Part shown: one piece after another, positions 20,469-31,702 of the stretch
Numbering within the stretch: position 1 is the stretch's first letter
How the letters are laid out: every line of letters begins with the position of its first letter
Source of the DNA: an uncultured Acidobacteriota bacterium
GTDB taxonomy: Bacteria > Acidobacteriota > Vicinamibacteria > Vicinamibacterales > CAVVIG01
Assembly (NCBI GenBank): GCA_963712905.1
Contig: CAVQJU010000006.1
Coordinates: 11,061-75,060, forward strand
DNA length: 64,000 nt
Direction of reading: 5' to 3'
Position numbers and translations under genes: made by a program
Notes under the pieces: model-generated
Database searches by the model: none
Told to the model about the DNA's origin: nothing
The model's input: only the letters and a program-made list of their open reading frames with translations

Positions 20469-20490
20469 TTGGCCCTGACTTTGCGTTCTT
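20469..20490 (+). promoter_or_regulatory. Sigma-54 (-24/-12) promoter, copy 1
   Basis: TTGGCCCTGACTTTGCG = GG-N10-GC; 20 bp identical to 21506-21525. Confidence 0.7.
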
Positions 20491-20529
20491 TCGAAGTACC
20501 TACCTGATGCTGAAGTGGGCCGAGGAGGA

Positions 20530-20898
20530 ATGACCGTGCGATATATCCGACTGTATTCCGACAATGGCGGTGAGACCCATTTTGCCGACACCGAGCTCGC
20601 GCTCGATGAGATCGATTACCGGCCGCCTGCCCCACTCCTGTTCGTGTCGCACGCCTTCGCCGCCGGCGGCCTGCAGTTCATCAAGCTACCGGGCGGCTGG
20701 ACAGGCGAGGTTCATCTGCCCAAGCGGCAGTTCCTGATCTGCCTGGACGGCCACCTCGAGGTCACGGCCAGCGACGGCGAGAAACGGTCGTTCGGGCCCG
20801 GCGCCTGTGTCCTGATGGAAGACGTCGACGGGAAAGGCCACCGCAGCCACGTGCGCAGCGGACACGACTGCGTGGCGGCCGTGGTTCCGATCGATTGA
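20530..20898 (+). CDS. Cupin-like protein
   Basis: RBS GAGGAGG; LYSDNGGETHF...H.PKRQF...EDVDGKGHRS. Confidence 0.8.
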   Translation: MTVRYIRLYSDNGGETHFADTELALDEIDYRPPAPLLFVSHAFAAGGLQFIKLPGGWTGEVHLPKRQFLICLDGHLEVTASDGEKRSFGPGACVLMEDVDGKGHRSHVRSGHDCVAAVVPID

Positions 20899-20915
20899 AC
20901 ACAACGGAGGTTGTC

Positions 20916-21323
20916 ATGCAGACAACACGGTACGGATTGAAAGTGGCTGTAGACGTCCCCTATGACGTGGCGGTGGCACGAACGACCGATGCGCTCAAGG
21001 GCCAGGGGTTCGGCGTGTTGACCACGATCGACGTTCAGCAGACGCTCAAGGCCAAGCTGGATCGCGACTTCCGCAAGTACGTGATCCTTGGTGCGTGCAA
21101 CCCGCCGTTGGCGGATCGCGCGCTGCACGCAGAACTCGACATCGGTCTCCTGCTGCCCTGCAACGTGATCGTCTACGAGACCGGTGCCTCGTCGAGCGTC
21201 GTCGCCGCGATGGCGCCCCTCACGGCGCTCGGTATCGTGGGCGACAATCCGGCGCTCGCTGGCGTGGCGCGCGAAGCGGATCAGCGGCTCCGGGCGGCAC
21301 TGTCTCAATTGGAGGCAAAGTAA
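20916..21323 (+). CDS. DUF302 domain protein
   Basis: GFGVLTTID...YVILGACNP...IGLLLPCNVIV. Confidence 0.92.
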   Translation: MQTTRYGLKVAVDVPYDVAVARTTDALKGQGFGVLTTIDVQQTLKAKLDRDFRKYVILGACNPPLADRALHAELDIGLLLPCNVIVYETGASSSVVAAMAPLTALGIVGDNPALAGVAREADQRLRAALSQLEAK

Positions 21324-21504
21324 CGCGTCGTTCCGCGAGCCGATGGGCTTCCGGCTGAGGTTTCGGCCAATACCGTCGCCAAGAGGTGCCGGAAATACGA
21401 AGAGGCCGTGAGGTCTCTACGGAATTTTCCCCGCTCGGCCGGAGCCTTTCCCGAAACGGCGCCGCCGCCCGCGGCGAATCCACCTGTTCCTCGCCTGTCT
21501 TGTG

Positions 21505-21525
21505 CGGCCCTGACTTTGCGTTCTT
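21505..21525 (+). promoter_or_regulatory. Sigma-54 promoter, copy 2
   Basis: CGGCCCTGACTTTGCG, GG-N10-GC, about 45 bp before ORF 21568. Confidence 0.6.
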
Positions 21526-21567
21526 CTCACATGACGGCTTCATGCTGAGGCTGGTCGACTTGCAAGG

Positions 21568-21993
21568 ATGGCTTTTATGAACCTCAAAGCTGTTGGATTT
21601 CTCGTCGGGGTCACCTCGCTGGCGGTCGTATTGTCGGCAGGCGACCTCCTCGCGCAGGGGCGCGGGAGCGGGGGGCGAGGCCCCAATTACAACCTGGCCA
21701 CCGAGATCACCGTCACCGGAACGGTGCAGGACCTGAAACCCGGCCCGCAACAGGGTATGCACGTCATGCTCAAGACGGCGGACGCGACACTGGAACTCGC
21801 CCTCGGTCCGTCTTGGTACCAGACGGAGAAGAAGTACGAGATTGCGAAGGGCGATCAACTCACTGTCATCGGTGCGAAGACCACAGTCGAAGGTCATGAC
21901 GTGCTGCTCGTGCGCGAAATCAAGAAAGGTTCCGAGACGATGACCTTCCGCGACGCCAAGGGCTTCCCGATGTGGGCCGGGCGCGGTCGCTAG
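21568..21993 (+). CDS. Exported OB-fold protein (MamS/MamX-like OB domain)
   Basis: Signal peptide; YNLATEITVTGTV...LGPSWY...KGDQLTVIG...FRDAKGFPMW. Confidence 0.7.
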   Translation: MAFMNLKAVGFLVGVTSLAVVLSAGDLLAQGRGSGGRGPNYNLATEITVTGTVQDLKPGPQQGMHVMLKTADATLELALGPSWYQTEKKYEIAKGDQLTVIGAKTTVEGHDVLLVREIKKGSETMTFRDAKGFPMWAGRGR

Positions 21994-22044
21994 TAGCGAA
22001 CGGCGCTCCTGCCCCTCGACGGAATCAGTAGACTGGGATCGATC

Positions 22045-24514
22045 ATGAGCACGCAGCCGTCGGCCCCGGTCGTGCCATCGGCGGGCGCGGACGTTCACGC
22101 CGGTCTCTCGAGCGAGCAGGTCGAGGCTCGGCGACGACAGTACGGGCCGAACGAGGTCCTCGAGAAGAAACCCCACGCCCTTCTCACGTTTCTGGCGAAG
22201 TTCTGGGGCCTCTCGGCCTGGATGCTCGAGGCGATCGCCGTGCTGTCGTGGACGCTCCACCGATACGCAGACCTGGCGATCGCGACCGCGCTGCTCGTCT
22301 TGAACGCCGTCATCGCCTTCGTCCAGGAGCGACGAGCCGAGGGCGTCGTGGACACGCTTCGCCGCCGCCTGCAAGTGAACGCTCGCGTGCTGCGGGACGG
22401 TCACTGGCAGACGATGCCCGCACGGGAGCTGGTTCCGGGCGACGTCATCCGCATCCGGCAGGGTGACGTCGTCCCGGCCGACATCCGGCTGATTACAGGC
22501 ACCCTCAGCGTCGATCAGTCGGTGCTCACCGGGGAATCGCAGGACGCCGAGAAGGCCGCCGACGCCACGGTGTACTCCGGGTCTGTGATTCGTCGTGGCG
22601 AGGCGACGGGCCTCGTCACCGCCACCGGCGCGCGCACGTACTTTGGACGCACCACCGAGCTCGTGCAAATTGCGCGACCGACACTCCACGCGGAGGCACT
22701 GGTCGCGTACCTCGTCCGCTGGCTGTTCGTCATCGTGGGCGCCGTCGTGCTGGTCATCGTGGGGCTCGCGATCGCGCGCGGCATCCCGCTCGTGGACGTG
22801 CTTGCCGCTCCTGCTCGCGCTGCTGCTTGGCGCCGTCCCCGTCGCTCTGCCGGTGATGTTGACCGTGAGCATGGCCGTCGGCGCGCGCGAACTGTCCGCA
22901 TCCGGCGTCCTGGTCACGCGATTGAGCGCGACCGAGGACGCCGCCGCCATGGATGTCCTCTGCGTCGACAAGACCGGGACCATCACGGCCAACCATCTCG
23001 CCGTCGCGCGGGTGATCCCGCTCTCCGGGTTCACCGAGGAGGACGTGCTGCGCCACGCCGCGTACGCGTCGGAAGCGGCGAACCAGGATCCCATCGATCT
23101 GGCGATCCTCGCGGCTGCGCGTGATCACACGAAGATGCCCAGCGAGATTGCCGTGCTGAGCTTCGTCCCGTTCGATGCCGCGCGCCGGCGAACCGAGGCT
23201 GTGGTGCAGTCAGACGGACGGCCGATGCGTGTCGTCAAAGGCGCGGTCGACATCGTCGCGCAAGTGTGCGCGCTCGATGTCTCGGCCACCGCCGCGCTCG
23301 ACGCGAAGGCGCGCGAGCAAGCGGATCACGGCTACCGCACGCTCGCCGTCGCACGCGGATTCGATCCGTCGGCGCCGGAACCGGTGGGCCTCCTCTGCCT
23401 GTACGATCCCCCGCGCGCGGACGCCTCGGCCCTCATCACGGCGCTGCGCGGCCTGGGCGTGGCCGTCAAGATGTTGACCGGCGATGCCCTGCCGGTCGCG
23501 ACCGAGGTCGCGAGACAGGTCGGTCTCCAGAAGATTGCCGCGGCATCGAAGGCAGACGCCTCCGTGCACGGAGGTGTCGATCCGGCCACCCAGATCGACG
23601 CGGTCGACGGCCTCGCCGAGGTGTACCCGGAAGACAAATACAAGGTCGTCAAGTATCTTCAGGCGGCGGGCCACGTCGTCGGCATGACCGGCGACGGCGT
23701 GAACGACGCGCCCGCGCTTCGACAGGCCGAAGTCGGCATCGCGGTGGCCAGCGCCGCGGACGTGGCCAAAGGCGCCGCCAGCGTCGTCCTCACCAGCGAG
23801 GGTCTTTCCGGCATCGTGACGCTGGTGCATGAAGGACGCATCGTGTATCAACGCGTGCTCACGTGGATCATCAACAAAGTCAGCCGGACGATTCTGAAGT
23901 CGGCGTTCGTCGCGATCGGGTTTCTGGTGACCGGCCGGCTGGTCATGTCCGCGCTCGGGATCATCGTGCTGGTCTTCCTGACCGATTTCGTCAAGATTGC
24001 TCTGTCGACCGATCACGTCGAAGGCTCGCCACGGCCCGAGACGTGGGACATGAGAACGCCGGTGCTGGTCGGCGCCGCGCTCGGTGTGCTGATGGTTGGG
24101 GAGACGCTCGCGTTGCTGTGGGTCGGCTGGCGGCTGTTCGATCTGGGAAACCACGAGCCCCTGCTCCAGACGTTCAGCTTTCAGATGCTCTTCTACTTCG
24201 CGCTCTTCTCGATCGTGTCCGCCAGAGAGCGCCGGCACTTCTGGACGTCATGGCCGAGCGGCACGCTGATCGCCGCCCTCTGTCTCGACGGCGTCGCCGG
24301 CACGGTGCTGTCGGTCGTCGGCATTCCCGGGCTGATGCCCGTGCCGTGGCACCAGACCGTCTTCGTGCTGGTCGCGGCCATGATCTGCTCGCTCGTCATC
24401 AACGATTTCGTCAAGGCGGCGTTGTTCAGAAGAACAGCGGCCTGCCTGACGTGGGATTCGATACCGTTGGAGGCCCTGTATGTCGTTTCGCCGGATTCTG
24501 ATCGCCCTCGATGA
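22045..24514 (+). CDS. P-type H+-exporting ATPase (P3A-like), frameshifted near 22800
   Basis: LTGES, PVALPVMLTVSMAVGA, DKTGTIT, MLTGD, GMTGDGVNDAPAL across two frames. Confidence 0.88.
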
Positions 24515-24911
24515 CAGCGCGATCGCGGCGCACGCCGTGGAGGTCGGCCTCGAGCTCGCCATCTCGCTCAAGGCCCAGGCGGCCCTCGTCTATGTGGTCG
24601 ATCCAGCGCCGGCGTTGCAGACGGACAGCGGCATTCCGGCCGCCGAGTGGCTCGCGACGTTGAAACGAGAAGGTCAAGCGTTTCTCGCCACTGCAGCGCA
24701 GCGGACCGGCGAGCCACCGGCGTGGCAGTTTCTGCGCGAAGGGAAACCGGCTGACCAGATTCTCGCGGTGGCGCGTGAATGGGAAGCCGATGTCATCGTG
24801 ATCGGCACACACGGACGATCCGGCGTCTCTCGACTCGTCCTCGGCAGCACGGCGGAGTCGGTCGTGCGGCACGCATCGTGCCCGGTTCTCGTCATCAAGC
24901 CGCACGCCTGA
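24480..24911 (+). CDS. Universal stress protein
   Basis: RILIALDDS...GTHGRSGVSRLVLGSTAESVVRHASCPVLV. Confidence 0.93.
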   Translation: MSFRRILIALDDSAIAAHAVEVGLELAISLKAQAALVYVVDPAPALQTDSGIPAAEWLATLKREGQAFLATAAQRTGEPPAWQFLREGKPADQILAVAREWEADVIVIGTHGRSGVSRLVLGSTAESVVRHASCPVLVIKPHA

Positions 24912-24953
24912 CAGGTTTTCGTATGAAACAGGGTCCTCTCGCATGAGCGGCAT

Positions 24954-26558
24954 ATGAGACGACGAGACTTCCTGACCTGGATGGGCATGGGATTGGCGGG
25001 AGCGACTGGCGCTTCGTCTCGCTGCCAGACCCGCAACGGAGCCGAGACGGCCGGGCTGCCGGGACGTGACACGGCGCCGTCGTTCACGCCGGATGTCGAG
25101 ATCGCTCTCACCGCGGCACCGAGTGCGGTCCAGATTCTGCCTGGTGCGCCGACACGAGTCTGGGCCTACTCGGCCAGCGTGGTCAAAGGGCCGCCGAGTA
25201 CGATCCAAAGCATCCCGGGCTCGTACCTCGGTCCGAGCATTCGACTGCAGACGGGACAGAAAGTTCGGGTCCATTTCGCGAACCAGCTGCCAGAGCACAC
25301 GATCGTGCACTGGCACGGGCTGCACGTGCCGGAGCGGATGGACGGTCATCCCCGCTTCATCATCCCGAATGGGCAGAGCTACGTGTACGAGTTCGAGGTG
25401 ATCAATCGCGCCGGGACCTACTGGTACCACCCGCACCATCACGATCGGACCGGTCCACAGGTGTACAACGGGCTCGCCGGACTCCTGCTCGTGTCTGACC
25501 CGAAGGAAGCCGCGCTGGGCCTGCCGTCGGGAGCGCAGGAGATCGTGTGCGTCCTTCAGGACCGGACGTTCGACGCAGACAATCAACTCGTCTACGGATC
25601 AAGCATGCCGATGGAGTCGATGAACGGATTTCTCGGAAATCGGGTGCTCGTGAACGGTCAGACGCAGCCTTCGTTGTCGCTGGCGACGCGAGCCTATCGG
25701 CTCCGTCTGCTCAACGGTTCGAATTCCCGCGTGTACAAGCTCGCGTGGGGCGACGGCACGCCCGTGACCGTCATCGGCACCGATGGAGGCCTGCTGGAGC
25801 AGTTGCTGCGGCGACCGTATCTCACGCTGGCTCCCGGAGAGCGCGCAGACGTCATACTCGACCTGAGCCGACATCCCGTCGGCACGAACCTCCAGCTCCA
25901 GAGCCTGGCGTTTCCCAGCGCGCCGTTCGAAATGGGAATGGGTATGGGCCGGGGTATGCGGCGCGGCATGGGAAGGATGGGGGGCACGTCGCGGCAGACG
26001 TCAGCGGCGAACGGCGCGCCGTTCTCGATTCTGACAATTCGGGTGCAGCGTCGCGAAACCTCGAACTTCGAGCTGCCAGCGACCCTCTCGACGTTCGACG
26101 CCTCGTGGCAGCGGGACCAGACCGAACCGTCGGTCCGACGACTGACGGTACAGTTCGGCCGGATGCAGTGGCTCCTGAACGGGAGCACCTTCGAGATGGA
26201 CGCAGTCGCCCCCAATGAGACCGTGTCGCTCGATGCGAAGGAAGTGTGGGAGTTCGACAACTCCGGGCCTGCGATGATGGGTATGCGCCTGGCGCACCCG
26301 CTCCATCTGCATGGCCGGCAATTCCGCGTCCTCGACCGGCAGATCGATCCGAGGTTCGCCAGAGATGGCGATTCTCTCCGCGAGGGGTTCACCGACGACG
26401 GCTGGAAGGACACAGTCCTGGTGATGCCTGGGGAACGTGTGCAGATCCTGGTCCATTTCACCGGCTACCCCGGGATGTTCTTATATCACTGCCATAATCT
26501 CGAACACGAAGACATGGGCATGATGAGGAACTACCGGGTGGTGGCGCGGGCGGGTTGA
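24954..26558 (+). CDS. Tat-exported multicopper oxidase (CueO-like, Met-rich insert)
   Basis: MRRRDFL; HWHG, WYHPH, HPLHLHG, HCHNLEHEDMGMM. Confidence 0.95.
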   Translation: MRRRDFLTWMGMGLAGATGASSRCQTRNGAETAGLPGRDTAPSFTPDVEIALTAAPSAVQILPGAPTRVWAYSASVVKGPPSTIQSIPGSYLGPSIRLQTGQKVRVHFANQLPEHTIVHWHGLHVPERMDGHPRFIIPNGQSYVYEFEVINRAGTYWYHPHHHDRTGPQVYNGLAGLLLVSDPKEAALGLPSGAQEIVCVLQDRTFDADNQLVYGSSMPMESMNGFLGNRVLVNGQTQPSLSLATRAYRLRLLNGSNSRVYKLAWGDGTPVTVIGTDGGLLEQLLRRPYLTLAPGERADVILDLSRHPVGTNLQLQSLAFPSAPFEMGMGMGRGMRRGMGRMGGTSRQTSAANGAPFSILTIRVQRRETSNFELPATLSTFDASWQRDQTEPSVRRLTVQFGRMQWLLNGSTFEMDAVAPNETVSLDAKEVWEFDNSGPAMMGMRLAHPLHLHGRQFRVLDRQIDPRFARDGDSLREGFTDDGWKDTVLVMPGERVQILVHFTGYPGMFLYHCHNLEHEDMGMMRNYRVVARAG

Positions 26559-28255
26559 TCGTTCCCTTCAAACAATCGTTCTCGACCGTCCGTGGCGATC
26601 CTGTCTCGCCGTTCAGACGGAGACGGGGTTCGCCAGTTCCGCTGCGATCGAGCGGCATCGATCAACATGGTCCCCGCCCATCCATAGACGTTGTGGGCCG
26701 AGACCACCGCGCGCATTGATCGCATCCGGTCACGTTGCTCGGCCGGCGCCATCGCCAGCGCGGCGAAGAGCGTGTCGGCCACGCCGTCGAGGTCGTACGG
26801 ATTGACGACGAGAGCCTCCGTCAGTTCCCGAGACGCACCGGCAAAGCCGCTGAGCACCAGCACGCCGCGTTCATCGTCGCGCGCCGCCACAAACTCCTTG
26901 GCCACCAGATTCATGCCGTCGTGCAGGCTGCTGACGTAGCAAATGTCTGCCGCCCGGTAGTACCGGAAGATCTCGGGCGGCTGGCAGTGTCGATTGATGA
27001 ACACAACGGGTGGACGGCCGCCGGCGCCAAACCGCGTATTGATGCGATCGACGCATCCGCGAATGCGATCACCAAACTCCCGGTAGCGGTCTATCCGTAC
27101 GCGGCTCGGCGACGCGATCTGGACGAAGACGGGCGGCGCTTCGCTCTTTGGCCACCGCTCGAGCACTCTCTCGAGCGTGAGCAACCGCTCTTCGATACCC
27201 TTGGTGTAGTCCAGACGGTCAACCGAGACCACAACGCGCGCGTCCAGGCCGACGTCCAGATCGCGACGCACTGTCTCGCGGCATTTTGAGACGCTCGGCG
27301 ACGCCAGAGCCCATTTACTGGGCCATTCAATCGAGATTGGATAAGGCCGTACGGCCGTTGTGTGACCTTGGTGCGCAATCGCCATGGTTTCCCGGTCGAC
27401 GCGCGATTCCAGGGTCCTGTCGACCGTCTCGAGGAAATTGTGGCAGTGCGACGATGTTTGGAGGCCGACAATGGTGCTTCCGAGCAGCCCGTCCAGCAGA
27501 TCGTCCCGATAGGGGCAAATGGCGAAGCGCTCGGCGTTCGGCCAGGGAACGTGCCAGAAGGTCAGGATTGTTGCCCGCGGGAAGCGGTCGCGCAACATGC
27601 GCGGAACGAGCGCGAAATGGTAATCCTGTACCAGCACCAGTGGTTCGTCCGAACCGGCTTCGTCGGCGACGGCATCGGCGAAGCGCTGATTCACGCGACG
27701 GTAGTGCGCCCAATCGTCACGTCGGAAAAGCGGTTGCGCATGCGCCCGGTGACAGAGCGGCCAGAGCGCTTCATTGGCAAACCCGTCGTAATACCCACGC
27801 TCTTCGTCATCGGTCAACCACACTCGTTTCAAAACGTACGAGCCGCCATCGGCGGACACCGTTACCCGACCGTTCGAATCGGAAGCCTGTCGGTCGGCCG
27901 TCCCGCTGCCATGAGCCACCCAGACACCTGAACAGACCCGCATGACGGGCTCGAGTGCCGTTACCAATCCACTGACGGCGTGTTGAGGCGCGATACCGTC
28001 GCCGGTATGGATCAGGGGCTCCCGATTCGAGACGACTATCAGCCGCTGCCCAGGCAGGCGTTCACGCATGACCTGTTTGAGCCGTGAGGCGGTCCAGGGT
28101 TCAGCGTCGCCTGGCGCGAGGCGGGCGCCCTGTCGGGCACGAAACGCGGCGCTCATGACCGTTCCAGCCACCGTCGCCATCCCCAGCGCCAAGCTCGTAA
28201 GACGCCAGGGGCGGACCAGCACCGGCGTGAGCGTTCTGGCCATCGCACCCGTCAC
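26531..28255 (-). CDS. otsA: Trehalose-6-phosphate synthase (GT20)
   Basis: [40 protein letters not shown]. Confidence 0.9.
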   Translation of the reverse strand: MTGAMARTLTPVLVRPWRLTSLALGMATVAGTVMSAAFRARQGARLAPGDAEPWTASRLKQVMRERLPGQRLIVVSNREPLIHTGDGIAPQHAVSGLVTALEPVMRVCSGVWVAHGSGTADRQASDSNGRVTVSADGGSYVLKRVWLTDDEERGYYDGFANEALWPLCHRAHAQPLFRRDDWAHYRRVNQRFADAVADEAGSDEPLVLVQDYHFALVPRMLRDRFPRATILTFWHVPWPNAERFAICPYRDDLLDGLLGSTIVGLQTSSHCHNFLETVDRTLESRVDRETMAIAHQGHTTAVRPYPISIEWPSKWALASPSVSKCRETVRRDLDVGLDARVVVSVDRLDYTKGIEERLLTLERVLERWPKSEAPPVFVQIASPSRVRIDRYREFGDRIRGCVDRINTRFGAGGRPPVVFINRHCQPPEIFRYYRAADICYVSSLHDGMNLVAKEFVAARDDERGVLVLSGFAGASRELTEALVVNPYDLDGVADTLFAALAMAPAEQRDRMRSMRAVVSAHNVYGWAGTMLIDAARSQRNWRTPSPSERRDRIATDGRERLFEGNDQPARATTR

Positions 28256-28364
28256 TCTCTCGCGTCATCGCGCGGTTTCGCTCCGTCACTCCAGGCGCCC
28301 GATTGCCGCCAGACGGCCCACTGCTGAAAGGCAAACGTGCACAGACCGACGATGCCGTTGACGA

Positions 28365-29225
28365 TTACGAGGAACATATCCTGCGGCCGCGCTGAATCGC
28401 GTTTGAGATCTCGAGGATGGTCTCCGCCCACGCGCCCACTGAATCAGCAGCGCTGAGACGAGCTGCTGGGACGTTCGCGAGCAGACACGTTGTCTCGTCA
28501 GCGTTGTTGGATCTCACGACTAACGGAATGTCGGCGTGACGCAGGAGCGACGCGGCGCTCCGATGGTCGCCGAAGGCGACAGTCACCACCTCGCCCAAAG
28601 GCTCGACGGAACAGGCCACGGAGAAAGTGACTGCTGACGTCGTGGTGGAGCGCTCCCACGTGGTGATAGCGGCCACGACACGTGCAGCCGAAGCCGGCTG
28701 CGCGCAGGGCTTTGACCAATCGAAGGATGGCTCCGGGCTTGCCGTCGACGACACGGAACAGTTCGCTGTACTCGCGCAGCTTTGCGAGCCGCGCCTGCAG
28801 CAGTGGCACATCGCAATCGAGTGCGACATCTTCGACGGACATGTCGCTGAACCCGACGACACTGACACCAAGCCGGCCGGCTGAACGATGCAACGCAGTG
28901 ACGACTTCTGCGTACGGTCTGCCGAATTCGAATCATGTCGTAGCCCGCAACGTCGATGGACTCGCGCCGCACGAAAGGCGAAGTAACCGCGAGGCAGAAA
29001 CACGGCGGCACCGTTTTCGGAGACAAATGGATGGTTGATGCCGAGTTCCTGCTGGATGAGCTCGATTTCCGCGCGTGTCCTGCTCGAACAGAACACGAGC
29101 GGAAGCTGTTGACGCTCGAGGCGGTTCAGCGCCCGGCGCGCCGAGGCATCGACGGAAAAGGCATGAGGCTCAAACAGCGTGTCGTCCAGGTCGGAAAACA
29201 CCACAATCGGCGGCATTGGCTGCAT
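28365..29225 (-). CDS. HAD-IIB phosphatase, mannosyl-3-phosphoglycerate phosphatase-like; internal frameshifts
   Basis: VFSDLDDTL, CSSRTRAEI, PFVSENG; alternate frame carries LAKLREYSELF and GGRYHH-like RGRYHHV. Confidence 0.8.
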   Translation of the reverse strand: MQPMPPIVVFSDLDDTLFEPHAFSVDASARRALNRLERQQLPLVFCSSRTRAEIELIQQELGINHPFVSENGAAVFLPRGYFAFRAARVHRRCGLRHDSNSADRTQKSSLRCIVQPAGLVSVSSGSATCPSKMSHSIAMCHCCRRGSQSCASTANCSVSSTASPEPSFDWSKPCAQPASAARVVAAITTWERSTTTSAVTFSVACSVEPLGEVVTVAFGDHRSAASLLRHADIPLVVRSNNADETTCLLANVPAARLSAADSVGAWAETILEISNAIQRGRRICSS

Positions 29226-29364
29226 ACGGTGACCTAAATCACTCCACCCCGAGACTACTCGCCACTAAGGTCCTGGCCGTATCCTGTCGGGCCGGTATTC
29301 TCGACCCTGAAATCGTGGAGGCGCCGGCCCCAACTCCTCGGTCTGGCGATAAGATGCGGCTGTG

Positions 29365-30814
29365 ATGGAACGTGAGCAGCTCGGGCGGCCCATTCGAGCC
29401 GCGCTGTTTCTCGGATTCGGACTGATTGTCGGAATCTGGCTGTTTGCCGGCTACTTACTTCACCCGCCGGATCGCCGACGTCGAACGACAAGCGGCTGCG
29501 ATTAACGCCCGTTACATGCACGCGCAGGAGTTGCTGTCGACGGTCCGATCACAGGTCCTGCTCGGGTCCGTGTACGTGCGAGACGCGCTCATGGATCCCG
29601 ACCCGACCACGGCGAGTGACTACCGCCGCCGCCTGGAGGATTCGTATACGGTTGTCGACCAGGCGCTGCAGCAATACGTCCCAGTGCTCGACTCCGACGC
29701 GGAACGCCAGCAGGTGTCGCGGTTGCGCGGCGAGATCGGCGAATTCCGCCGCATCATGTTGGACGTCCTGGCGACGGACTCCAGCCGGTGGCCGGCCGAA
29801 GCTCGGACGTTACTGCGCACCCGCGTGATGCCGAAACGCGAGCTCGTGATTGGTCTGTCCGAACAGGCGCAGGCGCTCAACCGGGGCGCGTTCATCCAAC
29901 AACAAGTCCGCCATCGCCGACAGTGTACGGTGCGACCCAGCGTCGAATCTGGCAGAGTCTGGGCGTCGCGCTCGCCGCAAGCCTGGGCATTGCGCTGCTC
30001 GCAACGCTGTACGCCGGACGCCTCGAGGACCGGCTTCGCCGGCAGCGCGCGAAAGACGTGCAGAACACCCGCGACCTTCAGCATCTTTCGGCAAAGCTGC
30101 TGAACGCACAAGAAGAGGAGCGGCGGAGCATTGCGCGCGAGCTGCACGATGAAGTCGGTCAGGCGCTGACGGCGATCAAAGTCGAGCTCGCCATCGCCCA
30201 GCGTGCGATCGACGGCGCGGGCGGTGCGGCGAATGCCCTCGACGATGCGCGTTCAATCGCCGACGGAGTGCTTCATACGGTGCGCGATCTGTCGCACTTG
30301 CTGCATCCTGCGCTGCTCGACGATTTGGGTCTCGCCGCAGCCACGGAGTGGTACCTGAAGGGGTTCGGCAAACGGCACGGCATTCGTGCCGAACTGCTCC
30401 ACGATCGCATGGACGAACGCCTCGCGCCCGAAACTGAAGCGGCGATCTATCGGATCATCCAGGAAGCCTTGACCAACGTGGCGAAGCACGCGAAGGCGAC
30501 AAGCTGCCGCGTGTACCTCCAGCGTCTGACGAACACCCTCCTCGTCACGATCGAGGATGACGGTGTCGGGTTCGCACCCGGCGGACACGCGCTCGGCCGA
30601 CGGGACACACGGCCTCGGTCTCGTCGGTATCCGTGAGCGCGTGGCACAGCTTCGCGGCACCGTTCGCCTGGAGAGCGGTGCCGGAAAGGGCACCCGCCTG
30701 ACCGTTGAAGTGCCTGCGGACGCTCGAACCAGCGGGCAGGACATCTCGAGCGTCGGCCGGATTCGCGACGACAAGACCGTTCCAGCGACCCCTCGCGAGG
30801 TGATCGGTGGGTAA
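29365..30814 (+). CDS. Sensor histidine kinase (HisKA_3/NarX-like), three frameshifts
   Basis: TM, four-helix sensor, EEERRSIARELHDEVGQ, QEALTNVAKHA, DDGVGF, GLGLVGIRERV. Confidence 0.85.
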
Positions 30815-31458
30815 GCTGCGCATTCTGGTGGGCGACGATCATACGCTCGTGCGCCAGGGGTTTCGGAAGATCCTCGAAGAGCGGCCGGAGTGGGAAGTCG
30901 TCGCCGAAGCCAGCGACGGTCGCGATGCGGTGCGCCAGGCGATGTCAGCCCAGCCCGACATCGCGATTCTCGACATCGGCATGCCGATTCTTGAATGGCA
31001 TTGAGGCGACCCGCCAGATCGTGCGCCGCCTGCCAGCGACACGGGTCCTCATCCTGAGCATGCACGCGGACGAGGCGTACATCATCCAGGCACTGAAAGC
31101 CGGCGCCCATGGTTACATGCTCAAGGATTCAGCCGATACCGACCTGATTCGTGGCGTCGGCATCGTCGCGGCCGGCAAATCGTTCTTCAGTCCTGCGGTT
31201 GCGAAAGTCATGCTCGACGACTACGTTCGGCACTTGGCCGAAAAAGGGATCACCGATCGGTTCGATCTATTGTCCGAACGTGAACGAGAAGTCTTCCAGT
31301 TGATCGCGGAAGGACACAGCAACAAAGCCATCGCGGATCTGCTCTCGGTCAGCCCCGCCACGGTCGAGACGCATCGCGCACACATTCTGCAAAAGCTCGA
31401 CGTCCATAACGCGGCTGAACTCGTGCTTTACGCTGTCCGACGTGGTGTGATCTCCTAG
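30807..31458 (+). CDS. NarL/FixJ response regulator, frameshift near 30990
   Basis: GDDHTLVRQG, ILDIGMP / LNGIEA, LSEREREV...SPATVETHRAHI. Confidence 0.9.
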
Positions 31459-31702
31459 CGCGACCCTCAGTGAATCTGGTCGGGATCGCCGCTTGGTGGA
31501 CGGGGCTGCCCCGGATCTCGAAGGCTGTCCGCGCCTCGAACCGGCCAAAACGAAACCCAGTCCCCTGTAATGACGCTGACAAGCAGCGATCCCAACAGAA
31601 CGATATAGTGCCTGTTGATCGCACTGTATCGGGCCGCGACCGTATTCTGTTGCCGAAAGGACTGGACAATGACGGCCGCGGAGTGGGCCCTCGCTTCCGT
31701 CC

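Noticed and set aside
26531-26558. Convergent 28-bp overlap of multicopper oxidase and otsA
   Set aside because: Short 3' overlaps are common and may reflect a module junction or an indel; no evidence of function.
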